Shown piece by piece: positions 57,486 through 64,000 of a stretch of 64,000 nucleotides of DNA. Numbering within the stretch: position 1 is the first letter of the stretch; each line of letters starts with the position of its first letter. The stretch is taken from NCBI RefSeq assembly GCF_009914755.1, contig NC_060942.1; one strand, written 5' to 3'. The DNA is from the human T2T-CHM13v2.0 reference genome, Homo sapiens. The position numbers were made by a program, and so were the translations under genes. The notes beneath the pieces were generated by a model. That model searched no databases. It was given only the letters and a program-made list of their open reading frames with translations, and was not told the origin of the DNA.

Positions 57486-59597
57486 CTACAGTATAGTTAC
57501 AGTTTTAGTTCCTTATTTGGTCAATTCTTTATATGGACCACATTTGATTTCTTCCCTTCTACTAACTGCCTAGCGTATTTGTTATTTGACATAATTCATA
57601 TTAATAGCATTGTCTTATTCTAGCAGCCATTTTAGACATACCCTTACCAGAAAGTCTTCCAGGTCACTGATTTACACCTATATCTTTTGCTATTAGTTTG
57701 TTAAACTATTGACCTCTAAAACTTGTTAAGATTGTGTATCTTATAGGCAAAGATCCTGGCCCATGTTTTTCTAAAAAATTTAAAATTTAAAATTTTAAAC
57801 TTTTGTGTGATCCATAGTTTGACAACCATCTACTTCTTGAGTATATTCCCCATCATCACAGTTAATTTTTCAGTAACTATCAACTTGCTTCCTGAGAATC
57901 TAAACTTTTTTTTTTGTATGGATTGTGATCTTCTCATCTGTCAAAACAATTTCTTCTCTTATCTAAAGCTTTTTAATTTTTTTAATGGAGCATCACTTCT
58001 AATCTCACTAATCTTCATTTGATCTTCTTAACCTTTCTTTCTCCTTTCCCCCTATATAAAATCGTGAACTCCAATGACCTTCTATGGTGACTCCCTTTCT
58101 CACATCCCCAATATTCCACCCTTACTAAGATACATCTTAACAACTATAATTATATTCAAAATAAGAATGATGACAAGAGAAAGGAAGAGCAGGAAAGAAG
58201 CTAAAAGGATGCGAGAGGAGGGGAAAAACAAGAAGAGGGAATTGAGATTTCAAAGAAAAAAATGAACAAATAAATAGGAGGGTTATTTTATACAGTGTAT
58301 ATTTAAAAAGTCGATTCTCTAAAAACCCTTTCACAGATATTATCTCTTACACACTGGGAAATTGGAGACTTTTTTTATGGATGACCTGGATAATCTAATC
58401 AGTCAAAAAAGAGAAAGAAGACTCAAATTGGATTTTTTTAACCCTTTTGTCTGAATCAGACCCTGTTTAAAAGTCTGATAGGAGATATTTCAGGCTGACA
58501 GCATTTCTTTCTCAAGTTCTGTCTGTGTTCAGGCTCTGGGCATCTTGGGTCTTTTTATCTGAACAGAAAGCAAATCCTAGTGCAGCATCAGAATGTTCTA
58601 GCCCCTTGCAATGGCATTTAGATTCGTCTGCTGCTATTTCCAAAGATGCCCAAATCTATAAATATTAAGCTACATTTTGGACCCTAACCTTGAGAAAGGG
58701 CAGCTACCATTTAATATTGCCAGGGAAAGAGAAAAGGTGTAGGGGTAGGCAAAGGAGAGAAACAAAACAACACAAATGTCAAATCTGATTGATTAAAAAC
58801 TAGGTAGGCAAATCAGCAAGGGCTGGTCCAGCATCACTGGAGAATGAGGTCAGAAAGGGCTGTTTCAAAATTATTTGGTATTTTCAGAAATTGATTACTG
58901 AGGGAGAGCATTAAGAAGTAGCTGTGAACATTCATTTAATGGGCCACTGCCTCTTGTACAGGGCTGGAGTTGTCACATTCAGTCTCATCTACTCCTTGTT
59001 AAGTTGTGCTTCTTCTGGAGCATGTTTATTTATTACAGATACTGTAAGCATAAACTACAAACTAGAATAATAAATAATTCTCTAAATGGGATTTTGCTAG
59101 CACCACCTCTCTATCTTTTCACTTCCAACCCCCAATATGACAAGCTCCATTGTTTATAGGCCTGGGACTGTCTGCAGGCCTACAGAGCAAGCCCTTTCCT
59201 GTCCTAGGATACATTTCAGTGAGTAGGCAGCAACTTATCTGGAGGAAACTGAGGGACACTCAGATGTCCTCCTGTTCTCAAACTCCTCAGTTATCTGCCC
59301 CTTGGAGAGGTATTCCCCTGGCTCCTCGGGTTAGGCATACCCTTTGCAAATATATGCAATTTGGAAGAAGTAGCATGTGTTACAGCAGTTACACATACAC
59401 AACTTGGTGTCAGATCATTTTGTTGGTCACTCCCGTAGCCTGACAGCTAGAAACAGGCTAGAAAGTGAAAGCTTGCCATGATGAAGAAAGAGAGGGATAT
59501 TTTGGAGTATAGATCACATGTCAATGGGTTGTATCTGGGTGTGGCACCTCATGGAAATCTGTAGCATGAGACAAGGAGACAGCAAGGGGTTTTCTGA

Positions 59598-59641
59598 ATG
59601 TATGCACACATGCGTGCATGGGTGTGTACGCATACACACAC
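59598..59641. repeat. Imperfect alternating purine-pyrimidine tract
   Basis: tgtatgcacacatgcgtgcatgggtgtgtacgcatacacacac. Confidence 0.7.
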
Positions 59642-60769
59642 TCCTCTCATCAAAAGCCAAACTTCATCTTTAATTTCTAATCTGATAACTGACTAAAGTC
59701 AAGTCTCCATTTATCCAGGGATCATTTCAAAACTCGACTATCACATGGTGAACATCCCCACTAGAATTTCTGCTGGTTTATTCTTGCATACTGTATGTCT
59801 TTTCTCTTTGAAGTAATCAAAACTAAAAACACATCATCTGTATCCTTCCTTTTCTAACTCCATACAAGCTGTAAGGTTTATCTTAAACTGCCATTCCATG
59901 GACCCTGTTACTTATTTCTTTGACTAAAACTCTCTTACTCTTATTTCTCATTGATTTTGTTTTAATGCTTAATTCTATTTTTCGCAATAACGTTCACAGA
60001 TGATTTTATTTTTCTCGCATAGATTACAAACCCTTTTATGGCCAGAAGTACCCTAGTTTTTTTGTATTTCCTGCATTTGGCTGCATCCAACACCAAGTAT
60101 CAAGTATAACATCAAGAAATCCCTTACCCTCTGATTGTTAATAGCACTCCACTGTGGAAGCTGGGTGAGATACATACAGAGGAATCATTGACATATTCCA
60201 CACATGAGATGGGGCTGACCTCCCCTCCCAAGACTATGGCTTTGTGGATTCATATATTTATCCAAAGTGAATATTTGAGATGTCTTTCTAACAGGACAAG
60301 ATAATTCCTTTATGATATTTATTTCGTAAGAATAAATATATGAAATGTGTCAATGCACGTAGCCTGCAATGGTGAAAATGCAATACTTCCCAGGCTTGTA
60401 TTTTTCAGTCATTGCACAGTGCATTTACTGTCGTCTAATTAGGCATTCTAAAAACCTGAAGTCCCCTTGTGTTTACCCTGCAACAGTTGTAATCCAGTGT
60501 GCCTGACACTACAGTATTTATCCCCAGAAATAATTACTCCACGGAGAAGGCAGCAATGTGAGTACATCCCAGGACCAGAGAGCAATGACAGAGGACCTCA
60601 AGGCAATACTTCATATTCAGATACAAATGGGGTTCACAATTAATACATGAGACATCACCAATTTTAATAAAGCTGATGAAAGGTAGGTAGATATGAAAGT
60701 CAAATATACTTGGGATTCTCCCCTTCTCTAAGAGTCCCTCTTTAAATTAAGACTTTGCCAGGTGATTAA

Positions 60770-61035
60770 CAAGAACGCCAGCTCTTCAAAGGGAAGCAAA
60801 GCCTTGTTCTTTGCTGCTCCACAGGCGACCAGCTCTCTTTCCCTTTGGTCCAGATGGAGGCTTTGTTCTCCCGAAGTTGGTCAGGTGCTGTGCCTGTCCA
60901 AAAAAGGGAAGCAAGCGCAGCGTTAGGAGCCCGCACCTGTTTAAAAAGCAATGTCGTTCCCTGAGCTCCAAAGCCTGAACATCAAATGCCTCCCTTTGCC
61001 AGGCAGCTTGGCTATTCCCCAGGCGTTTTCAATCT
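60770..61035. promoter_or_regulatory. Candidate enhancer (TCF/SOX and E-box cluster, CpG-retaining)
   Basis: CTTCAAAG 60784, CTTTGTT 60861, CAGATG 60851, CAGGTG 60882, CACCTG 60934; 8 CpGs. Confidence 0.45.
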
Positions 61036-61309
61036 AGTTGGGTAAAACAAAAATTGCATAATTTGTCATTATTTTCAAGGAATGAGATGTGCCTTCTACA
61101 ATCCCTTTCGAGTTAAATACAATGACGCTGAGCTTCCTCTGAATGCCAATGCCTTCTTTCTCAGAAAGAATAGAAATAAAGAATGAGAAAAGAAACACCC
61201 AATTGATTGCCTGTAATTTGCTCGGGTATTTGTTATTGATGTATTCTTTGTATGCATTTTAGGGATAGGTAGCAGAAAAACTCTTTCCCGAGGTCTTCAG
61301 TAAAGAGAA

Positions 61310-61535
61310 GTCAAACACTGGGAAAAGCTGGAACAGGAGGCCAGGACTTCTGAGTCAGCTTCAAGATTTAAAATAAATAAATCACATCAACTTAGGTAAA
61401 CCACAAGTCATGTAATCATTCTTCATTTTAAAAAGGTAGATTAAAATTGCCTTCCCTAAATATATTACATTTAATTGTGGAGTTAAAATGTAAAAAAAAA
61501 AATGTGGGAAAGTGCTTTACAATTTTAAATATTTG
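61310..61535 (+). mobile_element. MIR fragment
   Basis: 'ggaacaggaggccaggac..cttaggtaaaccac..aatgtgggaaagtgctttac'. Confidence 0.45.
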
Positions 61536-62489
61536 CTATAAATGTAAAGTAGTTTGAATGAATGAGAAATAAGGGGTGAGATGAGATTCTTATACAGGAG
61601 TCCTATCAGTCTTTCTAAGGTGAAAGCTTCAAATCCAGGCAGACAGGGATGTAGAAAGCAAAGAAAACTCAGCAACAACCATCGGAAAGCAAGGGCATCC
61701 TAAATCTCATCTATTAAGAGTAGAGAAAAGGACCTAAAAGTCCCCACCATATTTTCTTGTATACAGGCCCTTCTGCTGCCACTTGGTTACAACAATAGTG
61801 GAGAAAAGTAGGCCCATAAAGCAAGACTGATTGCTGGGAAGGTGATCAATTGCTGCTGTGAAAGGGGAAAAACTGATAAATTTTTTTTTTCTCCTTTTCA
61901 TCACAACCTTTTGCTAAAGCTGTGCAAAATGTGTCATGCATAAAAAGTATGCAATTTTCATGTAATTAGAGGAACACAAGATGAAAATGAGTTCCATCAG
62001 AGCAATCAAGGATGGTAATGTGGTATGTATTTGTCAGTGCCTATTTGTCATGAAAGCAAAACCCAACAAGTTATATATTTTATTTCATTTTAACTCTGAA
62101 AAATATAAATGCCATTTTGCCATGGCCAAATCTATAAATTTCAATAATCCTTTCTTTTTTTTTGAAAAGTGAAGTTTTGGAACTGCAGATTAGATCATTT
62201 TACTCTTTTAAAGAATGGAATGCTATTTTATGAAAAACACTGAGATTACAGGACAGATTTATTCCATGGAGGGTCAGATTTACAGCAGGAGGTGATAGGT
62301 TTACAGTTTGCTATACAAGAAACACACTATAATTTATTTTCTCTGAAAATACACTTGCATCTTACAGTAGCATGTGCCTCTGATCCCATCCTCATGCCCC
62401 CCAAACCAACTGTATTTTTATATTCTTCTTGGGCAAGAGGGCATAAATTTGTTCTTTTTCTCTTTCTTCGTCTTTTTCTCTCATCCTTC

Positions 62490-63200
62490 TTTTCATCCAT
62501 TTATTTATTCATTTACTGTGTTATTTGAGACAGTTTATTGAGCTTCAAAATTGTACCAGGCATGTTAAACTCTAATGATAGAAAAATAAAGAAACCATGA
62601 CCTCTGTTCTGAAGCTGATTCTACTTATTTGGGGACAGAGAAAAGTAACCAATTAATACAGTAGGATAGTAAATGGAGTGTGCTTCCATTGGTAAGATTT
62701 AAGGGAAGATACCTATCTAGCTCAGTCTTGCTATTTGAAGATTGGGACAGGGGTGGGGAAAGAAAGTCTAGGAAGAGGAACAGGTAAAGGCAAAAGCTGG
62801 GAGGATGTTGAGAGTTTAGCCATTGATGAAAGAGCAATTAATTACTTTTATGGTGGGAAGCACAAGAGGTCAAGAGTTGAGACCAATGATTTGAAATGGA
62901 GAAGGAAAGATGAGAGACATCCTTATAGGCCAGAGTAAGAGGTCTAAGCTCTGTCCTCCCCGCAGTATGAAGGCTTTTAACAGTTTTAAGCATAATCAAG
63001 TCTGTCTGTAGAAGAAACACTCTGACAGCATTGTAGAGAATTGATGTGAATAGACAAAACCAGTTATGAATCTAATAATTCATTTGGGAGACAGTGATGG
63101 TTTGAGCCAAGGTGGGCATTGGGGATGGAGAAAAGTAAATGGGTTTGGGATGCCTCATAAAGAAAATTACCTGATTTGGAAATAATTTCTAACTAGGGAA
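62490..63200 (-). mobile_element. L2 LINE fragment
   Basis: 'cagtttattgagcttc..tgtaccaggcatgtt', 'agaaacactctgacagcattgtagagaattga', 'gagacagtgatggtttgagccaaggtgg'. Confidence 0.75.
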
Positions 63201-63547
63201 TGAGGCGTGTTTTTATTTTAACACTTACTCATTCCTTTAAAAGAAAGTTCCAATTTCTGTTTTTGAATTAAGTTGCATTTTCTTTTACTTCTATAAACTG
63301 GGACAAATGATATCAAAAATTCCATTATGATGGACTATCTTGAAAATAAGACTTTAGTGTCCCCTTCTTTCTCTCTTCTTCTTCAGGATAAATGTCACGT
63401 TATTTGTCATATGAGTTAAGATTTTTATCAGCTACTTATAAAATAATATACATGGCATTTTATTTGTTTTGTTAGTTGTTTGTCCCTATTTGTATAGTCA
63501 CTTAAAGGATGCTTACATGACACTTTCTAATGTTCATATTCTCTAAT

Positions 63548-63744
63548 GTGGGGGTTAACAAACTTTTTTTTTTTGTTGAGGGCCAAATAGCAAATAATTT
63601 AAGCACTGCAGGCCACATCACAACTCCTCAACTCTGCAAACATAGCACAAAAAGAGCCATAGACAATACATAACAGTAATATTTCATTAACAAAAGCAGG
63701 CGATGGGCTAGATTGGGCCTATAGGCTATGATTTGCTAACTCCT
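63548..63744 (+). mobile_element. MER58A hAT-Charlie MITE
   Basis: 'gggttaacaaact..gggccaaatagcaaataatttaagc..gccatagacaatacat..ggctatgatttgctaactcct'. Confidence 0.8.
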
Positions 63745-64000
63745 CTAAATCTCATCCATTTATTTCTGTGTTCTGGGTTGCCAGAGAAGGCCTTTGAGAT
63801 CCCTAGGCAATTTCAGCATGAGAAGCTCTGCAGTTCTAAAAGTTTGGAAGGATGATTTTGGAGCTCTGAGTAACGTCTATTGAGACACTTACATTGTCTA
63901 CAACCTTGCTAATGTCAGACAACTTCCCTTGAATACAGGCTAGATAAGGTAGAGTTTTAAATCTTTAAGTTTTTTAATCAAAATTTTAAAATATAGGATG

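Overview
Primate, almost certainly human, AT-rich non-coding DNA (intronic or intergenic). I find no credible protein-coding gene, rRNA, tRNA or CRISPR array. The ORF track consists of Alu/L1 translations and chance ORFs. Roughly half of the window is interspersed repeat: 13 full-length Alus plus a free left monomer (many with readable target-site duplications, TSDs), old L1M/L1PA fragments, L2, MIR, hAT-Charlie MITEs (MER5A, MER58A/B) and solo LTRs (MER31, probable LTR9B, MER39, MLT1 with internal sequence). Between the repeats are unique islands that retain CpGs and carry dense transcription-factor motifs (about 10.4-10.8, 17.0-17.2, 24.3-24.7, 35.6-37.4 and 60.8-61.1 kb), plus a ~7 kb repeat-poor block, which resembles the regulatory landscape of a developmental gene. 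I could not identify the locus and found no evidence of a wholly new system. The best leads are: a clean 77-nt + strand exon candidate that is open from an ATG (32189-32265); an LTR9B-like solo LTR with an intact SOX-OCT motif; a 133-bp ancient tandem duplication keeping splice-donor motifs; a three-copy inverted/direct repeat architecture at 14.75-15.34 kb; a very strong G-quadruplex; two subfamily-mosaic Alus with intact TSDs; and a twin-primed old L1. Repeat subfamily names come from recalled consensus sequences and repeat boundaries are approximate.
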